A stretch of DNA of 64,000 nt from Oikopleura dioica (taxonomy: Eukaryota > Animalia > Chordata). The stretch is taken from contig OU015567.1 of assembly GCA_907165135.1 (NCBI GenBank), forward strand, positions 6,262,001 through 6,326,000. The letters run 5' to 3'. The translations under genes and the position numbers were made by a program. Shown piece by piece: positions 27,829 to 38,666 of this stretch. Below the pieces are notes generated by a model. That model was not told the origin of the DNA, did no database searches, and was given only the letters and a program-made list of their open reading frames with translations. Each line of letters opens with the position of its first letter. The stretch's first letter is position 1.

Positions 27829-29334
27829 CTAAAGGACATGAATAGACGAAATAATGGTGAGTTTACCAATCTGAACGAAGGGTTTACTAACGGTGACGCC
27901 GTTTATTTCTTTGGTCAGGGAAGGGAGCTTTTGATCCATGTCGACTAGCTGTCTTATCAGGCGTCTTGGGCAATATCTCCTGCGCTCTCTGTTGTCATTT
28001 TGTACGATCATGTCTCGGCGGATCAGAATATCCTGATTCTTTGAAAGCTTGATGAAGCAAACAACTTCGAACTTATTCTTTTCTGAAAAGACGCCAAAGG
28101 TCACTAAGCCAGGACGTTCAAAGGTATCATTTTCTTCATCGAGCTCGTCTCTACTACTGTAGTCTACATCGCTGTCGTCTTCATCACTGCTGTCTTCATG
28201 ATTATTCAAGGGATTCCAAATCGTCAGTCCGAGGCGTCCGTTGACGATTCCAAAATCAAGACTTCCCGAAATATTCGGAAGATCAATTCGAATCACTTTT
28301 CTTTTTGAAAGAATAATATGATAACCGAGGTATCCATGAGTGATTGCATTTTCATCGTAGTTCTCTTCGATATTTAACATCAAGTTGTCATTGTTCAATA
28401 GAGTCACGGATCTGATCAGCTGATCCACATCGTATTCTTCAGGTAGAATAATCGTTTCTTTCCAGAGGATATCGATCGATGATGTACCGATTCGAGCACA
28501 TTCGATGCAAACGCTGACTTCATCTGGATTGTAGATGATTGGAAAGAGAACACTTTCGCGAAGCTCTCCATTGAGACGCAAATCGCTGCCGTAATTACAT
28601 GGAATCGAGATATCTACGTTAAAAGCAGGCATCATTCGACCGTTTCTTCTGATGGTTCTTGGAGGATCGCTTGGTTGCAGTAAATTTAAGACTCTGTAGG
28701 TTCGTTCTCTTCCATCGAAAATAATAAGGAAGGGTTCCAGGAGAAATCTTTTCATTGTGTTGCGGATGAAAGGTCTTGGAATCTCCACTCTCTCCAGAAG
28801 AATTCCATTTCCTCGCAAAATTTTGTAGACAAATACGCCTGCGTTTCCCTGTAGCTCGTCTTCAACGCCATTTATAACAGCACGAGTTATGATCCAGTTA
28901 CTCCCGATTTTCGCTATCCCCTCGGTTTCAAAAACGGCTCTCCGACTCGCTATTGAGGATTCTTTCTCGATTATTTCTCGTTCAGCGAAAATTCTGGCGA
29001 TATCGGACAAGCTGCTCGGCTCACAACCGTATTTGACCCGGAAATCCTCCTTCAGTAGATTGACGACGTAATCCTCCTTAGCCTTCAATTTGAGAATCCT
29101 CATACAATCTCGCGCTTCGAGGAGATGGTCTAAAGGTCCGTATTCGTCTACATCGTCCATTGGAAGAAGTTGATTTTTCGCCGAGGCAAAAACGTTTCCA
29201 TCAGCTCTCTCAAATACAAGCTGGGAAAGGAGGTTTCCTTTAGGATGCTCTGCTATCTCCTTGAGTATCTTCTCTCTCTTCGGCGTATTTTCTTTCTTTT
29301 CATACAGCTCGTACAGCTTTTTTATTCGATTCAT
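27829..29334 (-). CDS. Orphan family copy 3 (class B)
   Basis: Intact 501-aa ORF; C-terminal two-thirds most like copy 2. Confidence 0.88.
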   Translation of the reverse strand: MNRIKKLYELYEKKENTPKREKILKEIAEHPKGNLLSQLVFERADGNVFASAKNQLLPMDDVDEYGPLDHLLEARDCMRILKLKAKEDYVVNLLKEDFRVKYGCEPSSLSDIARIFAEREIIEKESSIASRRAVFETEGIAKIGSNWIITRAVINGVEDELQGNAGVFVYKILRGNGILLERVEIPRPFIRNTMKRFLLEPFLIIFDGRERTYRVLNLLQPSDPPRTIRRNGRMMPAFNVDISIPCNYGSDLRLNGELRESVLFPIIYNPDEVSVCIECARIGTSSIDILWKETIILPEEYDVDQLIRSVTLLNNDNLMLNIEENYDENAITHGYLGYHIILSKRKVIRIDLPNISGSLDFGIVNGRLGLTIWNPLNNHEDSSDEDDSDVDYSSRDELDEENDTFERPGLVTFGVFSEKNKFEVVCFIKLSKNQDILIRRDMIVQNDNRERRRYCPRRLIRQLVDMDQKLPSLTKEINGVTVSKPFVQIGKLTIISSIHVL

Positions 29335-29637
29335 TCTGAAAAACTTCCGTTGAAGAGTCTTAAAGTCAAAAATTATGAAGATTTATGGCGGGAAAATATG
29401 AAAATAAAATGATTGTGTTGAAAAAATACAGAGTGACCTTGTCATTCAACCTCAGAGTCATTCCTTGTGCAGTACAAAACTATCGTTAAATGAATATTTC
29501 GACTTTCGAAGAGTGCATTCCATTTCGTTTTTTATAGGTGACGCATGCGATTTTGGACCGGTCCATCACATGATATTCTTTCTTCGCTTTATTCTTCGAG
29601 AATTCTCCAAGAAAGAGACTTTCTAAAGTGAAATAAA

Positions 29638-31137
29638 TTACGGAAGTACTGTTGAGAACTTACCTATCTTTATGAAGGGCTTTGTGACGGTTACACCATT
29701 TATTTCTTTACTGAGACAAGGATACTCTTGATCGGGGTCGTCGAGATGCTTTAACAGGCGTTTTACGCAAAATCCCTTGCGCATCTTCTTGTCATATTCG
29801 TCTTGGATCAACATATTATGATAGATGCCAAGTTCATGCGCAGTATCCAAGAAGCAAACAACTTCATAGCTTTCCTTTTCCGACAAAAATCCAAAGGCAT
29901 AATAGCCACGATCTTGCTCGTTGTCGTCATCAAAGCCATGGCCGCTTTCGTCGCTATAGTCGTCAACGCTGGTCTCTTCATCGTTGTTGTCTTCAATTTT
30001 CTCTAGGGCCTTCCAGATCGTCAGTCCGAGGCGTTTTTCGACCATGCCAAATTTCAGATATCCTGAAATATCCGGAAGATCGTAACAGATCACTTTTCTT
30101 TTCGAAAGAATAATATGATAAGCGATACATCCATTGACGATCATGTTTCTTTCTTCAATACTGAGGTCGATCCGTAACATCAAGTTATCATGGTCTAGTA
30201 AGTGCAGCCGCGGTCTCATGAAGAATTCTGTTTCCATAATCGTTTCTTTCCAAAGAACCTCGATCGAGGATTTACTGATCCGAACGCATTCAACACAAAT
30301 TTGATAGGTGGTTGGATCTGGTTGGTAGATGATTGGAAAGAGAACACTTTCCCGTAGCTCCCCATTGAAGTACAGATCGCTGTCGTATCGAGGGCATTCT
30401 TTTGTGTCCCCAGCATCAATATACATTATGTCACCTTCCCTTTTGATGGTTCTTGCCGGCTCGCTTGGTTCCAGTAGATTAAAGACATAATAGGTCTGCT
30501 CCATTCCACGTAGACCACCATGATCTAGTACAATCAGAAATGGCTCAAAGAGAAAGTAAGCGGACACTGATTCAAAGGATCTGGGAAGCTTCAACGGTTG
30601 GAGACTGATTCCACTTGATCGTAAAATCTTATAAACATAGAAATGATTCCCAAGTGTTCCTCCTTCGTCTTCTATGCCATTGATTCTTGAATTACTAATG
30701 ATCCAGTTACTCCCAAGTTCCACGACCCTACTCGTTTCAAAAACGGCCTTTGGAACAGCGGATTCTTTCTTGATCTCTTCTCGGTGGGAAAGAATTCTAG
30801 CAATATCGGACAAACTGCTCGGCTCTCGATTGTATTTTGCCCGGAAGTCTTCTTTCAGTAGATTGACGACGTAATCCTCCTTAGCCATCAATTTGAGAAT
30901 CCTCATACAATAGCCCGCTTCGAGGAGATGGTCCAATGGTCCGTATTCGTCTGCATCGTCCATTGGAAGAAGCTGATTTTTCGCCGAGGCAAAAACGTTT
31001 CCATCAGCTCTCTCAAATACAAGCTGGGAAAGGAGGTTTCCTTTAGGATGCTCTGCTATCTCCTTGAGTACCTTCTCTCTCTTCGGCGTATTTTCTTTCT
31101 TTTCAAACAGCTCGTACAGCTTTTTTATTCGATTCAT
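29638..31137 (-). CDS. Orphan family copy 4 (class A)
   Basis: Intact 499-aa ORF; C-terminal two-thirds and 3' flank most like copy 1. Confidence 0.88.
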   Translation of the reverse strand: MNRIKKLYELFEKKENTPKREKVLKEIAEHPKGNLLSQLVFERADGNVFASAKNQLLPMDDADEYGPLDHLLEAGYCMRILKLMAKEDYVVNLLKEDFRAKYNREPSSLSDIARILSHREEIKKESAVPKAVFETSRVVELGSNWIISNSRINGIEDEGGTLGNHFYVYKILRSSGISLQPLKLPRSFESVSAYFLFEPFLIVLDHGGLRGMEQTYYVFNLLEPSEPARTIKREGDIMYIDAGDTKECPRYDSDLYFNGELRESVLFPIIYQPDPTTYQICVECVRISKSSIEVLWKETIMETEFFMRPRLHLLDHDNLMLRIDLSIEERNMIVNGCIAYHIILSKRKVICYDLPDISGYLKFGMVEKRLGLTIWKALEKIEDNNDEETSVDDYSDESGHGFDDDNEQDRGYYAFGFLSEKESYEVVCFLDTAHELGIYHNMLIQDEYDKKMRKGFCVKRLLKHLDDPDQEYPCLSKEINGVTVTKPFIKIGKFSTVLP

Positions 31138-31657
31138 TCTGAAAAACTTTAACTCAAGACTTTTGAAGTCGAAAATTTAAGCTTGATCCTAACATTACTG
31201 TCATGGAAATGGGCTTATTGTGATTGGCATAATAAGGCACGACCATTTTTTCAAAGCAAAAACTATTCCTTATCATTATGGTCGAGTTAATAATTATAAT
31301 ATATTTTAATCGATGTACCTGCGGGCTTGAAGAAGATAAAACTAAAGAATAAAGTGATATAAAAGGTGAAAATAAACTGATTCTAGAAATAGTAACCGTA
31401 AAGCATCGCACTAGAATTTAAATTTGATTGATAATTATCAATTTGAAAATTTATACAGGGCAATTGACAGTAATAAATAGAGAATGATAAGCTTAATTTT
31501 CTCTGGTGACGCTAAAATGTCGCAATTCTTCTCGAAAAGGAAATCCCTCTTTCATAACCAATCAGCGCGCCGTAAAGATTCGAAAAAATTACAGCGAGAA
31601 AAATCACTATTTCGGCCTTGCAGAGAAAGAAAACCATCCAAAAAGAAAAGAAACGAG

Positions 31658-34600
31658 ATGCTGGACGCATTGCTGATCGCAAGAGGAGCAAAAAAGCTCG
31701 CCCCAGAAGTCGGGAAAGCGATTTCTAAGAAAATTGCCCCTTCAAAATGCCCGTTAGAAATTCAGCCAGAGAAAATTCAAGCTATCGCTGGACCGTTTCT
31801 GAAATCTTACTCTGCTCAAGGTTAACTTCTTTGAAAAAACCTGTGTGGAAAACCTGAGTCAACGTCTAGAGACGTTACGCGGCTTTCAAGACCCTGACTC
31901 AGGATTCTACACAGGTTTTTTCCAAGCTCAGTTTATTAATCTACATTTCAGGAAGCTACACTGATTTGTACTTCGACATCCGAAAAAGTCTTCAAGCTCA
32001 AAATCTTCGCACACTCAAAAACGCCATTTTTCCACAACTCCTTCCTTGCTTCTTTCAAAAGAGGATCTTCTCAAAGCCCAAAAGTCCAAATCCGAACGAA
32101 TCCGAAACAAAGTCGAAGCTCGAAAATCCGCTCTTCAATCTGAGGCCCGCCAGAGACACGTTCCTTCAGGTGAATCGAGTGAATTTCCAGCTGTGCTTAC
32201 TGTCCTCTTCTGATTGTCAAAATAAACGCTCAAGAAACTCATTTTCTTCTTCTAGGTCGTCTTGAAAGATCTGTCGCTTTCGGAGCAGGAGCAATAGGCC
32301 TCGCCGCAAACGTTCTCAAAAATCGAATCACCTCTCAGGAGCCAGCTAGCGATCCGATTCTACGAACACTTGGGCTGACGGAAAATGATGTTTCTGAGCT
32401 TGTCGGCTTGCTTTGCAAAATGCGCGGAGCAGCGTTGAAGCTTGGACAGTTTTTGTCGATTCAAGATGATAATTTTATTTCGCCAGAATTACAGGTAAGC
32501 TTCAAATGAAAAATATGCAAACCTGAGTCAGGATTTTTATGACTCGTCGCGGCTTCCTTGATCCTGACTCAGGTATTTTATACAGGTTTCCGATCCTAGA
32601 ATTGACCGTTTTCGAATTTCAGGTCATCTTCGAGCGAGTGCGCCAAACAGCCGATTACATGCCTGAAAAGCAACTTCGAAAACAACTAGACACAGAACTA
32701 CCCGAGAGAGGCGATTTTCTGGCAGTTAGATTTTCTGGCAGTTAGACTTTCTGGCAAAGGCGATTTTCTGGCACTGCCAGAAAATCTAATATGCCAGAAA
32801 ATCTAATTTCAGAAAATCGCCTCTTTAATTTTGAATCTACAGTTAATGTTCCTGGAAGGTAAAAAATGGAGAGAAGAAAAGCTCGGAATTCATCTTCTGA
32901 TTCTTCTGAGGATGATTTCAAAAACTATTTGTGGGGCCGGAAATCGTAAAAACTGCAAGTGCAGTTTTCTTAAGCTCGTCAAGACGAGTCGAATGATGGG
33001 TCTAACTCTTGATAATTCTAAGGATTGACCGGTTTAACGACTGGTTACCGGAAAATCGTTGTCACGTTGTCACCGTTTTTGTTCTAGAAGTGATAATAGA
33101 CTAATGTTTGACACCAGAAATTGTTTCTTATAGTCAGTTCTCCTGCAGGGTAAAAGATGAAGGTTGTATCAATACTGAAGAGAGTTATCACTAAGAACAG
33201 TACATTTTACTAAAATTTTGTTGTTGCTGCACGTTCCTAATTTCTTGTACCATTTTCGCCAAAAATAGTATTTTAGTGATAACTCTCTTCAGAGAATTGA
33301 TTAAACCTTCATCTTTTACCCTGCAGGAGAACTGACTATAAGAGACAATTTCCGGTGTCAAACATTAGTCTATTATCACTTCTAGAACAAAAACGGCCGG
33401 TGACAACGTATTTTCCGGTAATCAGCCGGTAAACCGGTCAATCCTTAGAATTATCAGGAGTTAGACCCATCATTCGACTCGTCTTGACGAGCTTAAGAAA
33501 ACTGCACTTGCAGTTTTTTTACGATTTCCGGCCCCACAAATAGTTTTTTGAAATCATCCTCAAAAGAATCAGAAGATGAATTCCGAGCTTTTCTTCTCTC
33601 CGTTTTTTACCTTCCAGGATCATTAACTGTAGATTCAAAATTAAAGAGGCGATTTTCTGGCAGTTAGATTTTCTGGCATATTAGATTTTCTGGCAGTGCC
33701 AGAAAATCGCCTTTGCCAGAAAGTCTAACTGCCAGAAAATCTAACTGCCAGAAAATCGCCTCTCTCGAACTACCCGGCTGGGAAACCCGCTTTGCCGAAT
33801 TCGATCTTCAACCCTTTGCTGCCGCTTCTATTGGCCAAGTTCATCGAGCCAAGACTTTGGACGGAAAAGATGTTGCCGTCAAGGTCCAATACCCCGGAGT
33901 AGCTCAATCGTTTAATTCTGACATTGATAACTTGGTGATGGTGCTGAGGCCATTCATGGCGCGTTTGCCCGAGCAGTTGTTTTTACCGAAGATCATAGAT
34001 TTTGCGAGAAGAGAGCTGACGAGAGAATGCGATTACGAAAGAGAACTTCAAGCGAATCTTAGAATGAAAGAATACTTCAAGGATGATGAAGAATTCTTCG
34101 TCCCATCCGTCTACCCCGAATTATCAAGCGCCGCAGTCCTGACATCTGATTTCGTCGAAGGGGAAGTGATAGATCGACTAGACATCGATGCCCTCCCACA
34201 AGAAGAACGCGACTTTGTCGGCAAATCGCTCCTGAAACTTTGTATGAATGAAGTTTTTGTTCATCGATTCATGCAGACGGATCCGAACTTTGCTAACTTC
34301 TTGTACCAGCCAGGGTCCTTCAAGCTAAATCTTATCGACATGGGAGCGTGTGTTGGTAAGTTTATAGAACCTTAATCGTCTGGTAGAAGAAGCTCTTTTA
34401 GACTATCCAGCTAAATTTACAACGCCGTATATGCAACTTGTTTATGGAGCAGTAACGCATGACCGTGAACTGGTCTATGAAAAGTCAGTAGAATTGGGCT
34501 TTCTGACAGGAGCTGAGAGCCAAAAATGAAAGACGCTCATGTTGATTCCGTCATGATTGTTGGCGAACCTTACCAGGTACGGTCAAGAACTCTTTCCTGA

Positions 34601-34857
34601 AATCAACCTCAATCTAGCCCGATCCTTACGATTTCCATCAAAACGACATGACCGCAAAGATCGCTGAAAAAGTGCCGACAATGTTCGCCGAGCGCCTCAC
34701 CCCGCCGCCAGAAGAAACTTACACTCTTCACCGAAAACTCTCCGGCGCTTTCTTAATGTGTGGGAAAATTAAAGCCAAAGTATCCTGTAGAAATGACTTT
34801 ATCGAAACTCTTAGTAGGGCGGGTTATCCCGACCTTGCAGCTAGCCTAAAAGAATAA
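31658..34857 (+). CDS. COQ8: COQ8/ADCK3-4 atypical kinase, interrupted by a foldback element
   Basis: LCKMRGAALKLGQ (KxGQ), PFAAASIGQVHRA, VAVKVQYPGVA, MQTDPNFANF and PPPEETYTLHRKLSG motifs. Needs +1 A at 32017-21 and at 34522-26, plus removal of 32704-33766. Confidence 0.93.
31838..31917. repeat. Short intronic copy of the CCTGAGTCAGG palindromic MITE-like family
   Basis: AACCTGTGTGGAAAACCTGAGTCA ... TGACTCAGGATTCTACACAGGTT inverted arms in COQ8 intron 1. Confidence 0.75.
32510..32588. repeat. Short intronic copy of the same palindromic family
   Basis: ACCTGAGTCAGGAT ... ATCCTGACTCAGGT inverted arms in a COQ8 intron. Confidence 0.7.
32704..33766. mobile_element. Foldback/Mutator-like non-autonomous element, 1063 bp, 9-bp TSD
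   Basis: TSD GAACTACCC at 32695-32703 and 33767-33775; ~490-bp inverted arms starting GAGAGAGGCGATTTTCTGGCA; 78-bp spacer at 33195-33272; subterminal ATTTTCTGGCA repeats; no ORF. Confidence 0.95.
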
Positions 34858-36107
34858 AAGATACCATTATCATTCCATAAATATCTAATTGCCTTTTTGT
34901 ATGAGAAAAAGTATTCAATCTGCTTTTTTGACTTGTGTCAAGCTCGTTAGGGCGGCTAGAGAAGAGAAGTGAGTGCGGCTCGTGGGAAGTCAAGGACCAT
35001 AAATTAATGTATTCGAGCAGTTTCCGACGCTTTTTTTGGAAAAGAAAAGAAGAGTTCTCACGCTTCTGAAGTATAAAAAACCGCACTTCGAGCCTCTAAC
35101 TTTCCCTTCCCATGAGGAGGAGGGCGACCCTTAATTGTTCCTAATGCAGGGACTTAATAACTCTGAAAGCAAATGACACATGTGACATGTCGAACATGGG
35201 AATTAAAAACAATCAATTATCATTTGAAAAGCTTTTTAATAGAAGAAGATTTGAATCCTGTAGTTTGTCCCTGCAAAGAGCTGTGGGAAGATCGCGTGGT
35301 CAGATAATTCTGCAAGACAAATAGTAATTTACTATCTATTGAAGCTTATACCCATAAAATGCGTGCCCATTTTTCCGGAGAGATAAATCTTTCCGGGTCT
35401 CACTTTCACTCTCACCCACTTTTTGTATGACAGATACTGTAATTGCTCGTTTTTACGTAGACATATAAAGATGATCATTAAGGACAATTTTCAAAAGAGC
35501 AAAAGAGCCATTTGATTGCGAGTTACGAAGTTAAACGCCATGGGAAACGAGATTAACCAGAAAAAAAACGGCAACAAAAGTTAATAAGAGCGATCTTTTT
35601 CCCATAAAAATCACACTTGAACAGACCAATCTAAATTTCCTGGAAAGCCGCGGATCATAAAACACCGCGGTTATTTTTTTAAAAGCGTAATTACGAATTT
35701 ATTCTCATTTGATTCATGAAACAGGAATTCGCGTTTGCCAAAATGCTGATGATGAGAAACATGACTGGGTGCTTATTCCGGTTTCCCAGGCGCGGCTGGA
35801 GTCACACCAAGGCGCGCTCCACCACCAAAAAGGCGATCAGCATCATTCAAACGCAAAACCGCTTAATCCCTCACTATCGCTCACTATCCCGGTGCAGGGG
35901 CACCTTTTCCCATCCCACCAGTCACCGCCCGGTCACCTGGCGCTCCATTTCATGGAATTACTGCTTTTACTTCTTATCAAGAATATTTTTTCTCATGCGC
36001 TTGCTTTAAAAATATCAAAAGACCATTTCAAAATGAACGAATTCACGGAGGAAGTCCTCAACTGGGTTCAAAACATGAGTCAGGAAAACCAAGCCAGGGC
36101 ACTGTAA

Positions 36108-36245
36108 CGGCTTTGATTAAAAGCCGCGTAGCGGCTTTTCTAAAAACGAAGCCGCGAAGCGGCTTCGCCATTATAAGGATTCAAATCCACTACCTACATA
36201 TTGTAGCGAAGCCGCTTTAAATCCATCGCTTTCTGGACCCTGACT
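36108..36245. repeat. Partial copy of the palindromic family (AAGCCGC-N3-GCGGCTT modules)
   Basis: AAAAGCCGCGTAGCGGCTTTT and GAAGCCGCGAAGCGGCTTCGCCA, then GACCCTGACTC. Confidence 0.65.
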
Positions 36246-36625
36246 CGTGATTTTCTACACAGGCCAGCTCCTACTGTTCCAGAATCGGGGAGCAGTCCTT
36301 CTCCACAAATAACCTAATTTCTTTACTGTCTGAAAATATGCCTCTGAAAATTGGTCTGTGGGAGCGTCGAGCTGCCCTTTAGGTTGACCAGTTGATTGTT
36401 CTGCCGGCGTGGACCGGATGATCCTTTTCCCAGGCAGATTAGCTCGCTCCTGAGTTGATCCGCCGCCGCAAGTTTCGAGATTTATACTCGCTCTTGAGCA
36501 TGGGAACTCAAATAACGAATTCGCGCACCGAATAAAGGCCATAAACTTCGCTTAGAGCACGGAACATTCCAATTCAAAATGAGTTATGAAAATACAGTAT
36601 TTTTCGCTTCTTTCTTTTGAAATAT

Positions 36626-37222
36626 TTATTTATATAAAGTTTGAGGTGTTTGAAATTTTGAGGAGGATTTGACTGTTTTAAAAAAAGGTGAAGCAGCAAA
36701 AAATGGTGTGAGTTGAATTTTTAAACGCGTTTTAATCCGAGTCGTCAAAGTCGCTGGGAACGGGGAGGGTTCGCGGGAGAGACCGAGGAGCTCCATCAGG
36801 TTCTGGATCATTTGCGGGTGCCGGCTCGCGTAGTGGAAGATGGTCCAGCCACCGTGTGAGGCTACGTGCGCGGAGACACCGGTTGATATCAGCGCCTGAA
36901 GAAAAGTGAGTCAAAATTGTTTTTTCCTTTGATAAAATAAGGAGTTCTTAGTGTATCAAGACTTTGGTAACCTTTTCCTGAGAACAGATGTTCTTGTGCA
37001 TTCTAAGTGCGTACCAGCAGGACTGTATAAGGTAAAATATTTATATAAATAATTATTTTTAACAATTAAGGTTCTTACCTTTACAAGTTCAAAATCGTTC
37101 AAAATCACCGCCGCGTGGAGCCCATTCCATCCCCTTTGATCGAAAACGTCAAAATCCACGTTTCGCCGAAACTCGCAATCCTGAAGAATCTGCTTTTGAA
37201 CTTCCTGAAGAACTTGCTCCAT
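36626..37222 (-). CDS. Small ankyrin-repeat protein (ends uncertain)
   Basis: FDQRGWNGLHAAVILNDFELVK spliced (GT-AG) to ALISTGVSAHVASHGGWTIFHYASRHPQMIQNLME gives two ankyrin-like repeats. Confidence 0.65.
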
Positions 37223-37649
37223 TCTCTCGGGCGAATGAGATCTTCTGCGGCTTTGTTTCTTGCGTTTCTGCAGGTGAACTGCGTCCTTCTCTGCTCGATT
37301 CTCAGTGGAGAAACTGGCGGGGTCTCCATTTTCGATGAGTTTCTTTCTCTGGCGGTTGAAAACTGGTTCAAAAACGAGCAAAAGAGTGTGTAGCGTTGAG
37401 CGTTTTTCACGAACACCAGCTTCCCAGAGAGACTCCCGAGATGACTATTAGCCCAATTGAGTTTTTCTGAATTTAAAATAGAAACTTGGACGATAAAGGC
37501 AGCGTCGCGCGGGGTGGTCAGCGCCGCTCGTTGCGCGCGACGCCGCTGAGGGAGCGTCCAACAGCGCCAAATTCAGAAAGAACACCTGCTCAGATGAACG
37601 CAGATGATCCTCCTCCTTCCCGTGCATTTGTAAGACCCAAAACCCTCTC

Positions 37650-37920
37650 CAAACCTGAGTCAGGGTCCTGGAAAAGCAGCGTAGCGGCTTTTCTTTAAAA
37701 ATTAGCCGCAGAGCGGCTCTGAGCTGGGCTCAGCAACTTGAGTCAGGTTTTGAAGAGTTTATATCAAAAGCCGCGTAGCGGCTTCGCCAATATTTTAAAA
37801 TAGAGAAAATTGATTGGTTTGCGAAGCCGCTTTGCGGCTTCGTTAAAAAGCCGCTACGCGGCTTTTCATATAAGCTCTTCAAAACTTGACTCAGGTTTTC
37901 TATACAGGTTGCCGAGCTCA
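37650..37920. repeat. Palindromic MITE-like family copy
   Basis: CCTGAGTCAGGGTCC, TTGAGTCAGG and TTGACTCAGGTTTTCTATACAGGTTGCCGAGC, with internal AAGCCGC modules. Confidence 0.75.
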
Positions 37921-38411
37921 AGCTTTGAGAAAAGGCGATTCCGACCTATTTTTAATTCAGTATTTTAGTTGACTAAAGAGATCGCAAAAGAGTGCATTTT
38001 GAGAGACAAACAAACTAAAAACGGTCTGATAGACTGTACCCTTGTATGTTGGGAAGTAGGGATTTCAGACGGCGCCTGAAAAGCTGTGAGAAATGAGCGA
38101 GTTTGAGAAGGTCATTTTGAGCGAGTCAGATGTAAGAAGACAAAGTGTCACTTATCTGTATCTTGGGCGTGGGAAGGGAAGGAACGGTCAGCGGCGAAAA
38201 TTTTTTCGAGGAGCGGCGGGGTAGCTTTAAACTTGGCAGGAGCCCGGATCCCACGGATACGACATCGCGAAATTAAGGGCGCCAATTTTCAGCAAGGTTC
38301 CCAAGCGAACAGCCGAACATGCCGGAGTCCGGACAACAATGCCGAAACCGGCGAGAAGTTATTTGTCAGATTGGCCTACTTTTCGTGGAACTCGTGATTA
38401 TTCGACCGGAA

Positions 38412-38666
38412 TAGACAACTTCATCTTTCAGGAAAATTCAGCTTGAATGTCAGCTTTGCGGAAATCTGTGAAAAACCTGAGTCAGGGTCCTGAAAGAGCT
38501 TTGGTAAAACGAATATTGCTATTATTTTTTGAATAATTTTCTAATGAATAATTTCTTCTAGTGATTTTTTAAATAAAGCTCAGTTAGGACCCTGGCTCAG
38601 GTTTCTTCACAGGTTTCGGAAAAGCTGACATTCAAGTTCAATTTTCCTGAAAATTGAAGATTGTCT
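38412..38666. repeat. Palindromic MITE-like family copy with extended arms
   Basis: ~80-bp inverted arms: AGACAACTTC..TTGAATGTCAGCTTT..CCTGAGTCAGGGTCCT versus AGGACCCTGGCTCAGG..AAAGCTGACATTCAA..GATTGTCT. Confidence 0.75.

Noticed and set aside
32695-33775. Perfect, scar-free splicing of the foldback element
   Set aside because: No register across the TSD places an AG at the 3' end; only footprint-leaving splicing is possible.
34522-34529. AAA-TGA as a Euplotes-type programmed frameshift in COQ8
   Set aside because: Restoring the frame needs -1, not +1, and the same one-base shortage recurs in unrelated homopolymers, which favours sequencing error.
35709-36107. 132-aa and 97-aa overlapping ORFs downstream of COQ8
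   Set aside because: No recognisable domain or clear splice structure, and flanked by repeat modules; cannot be supported as a gene.
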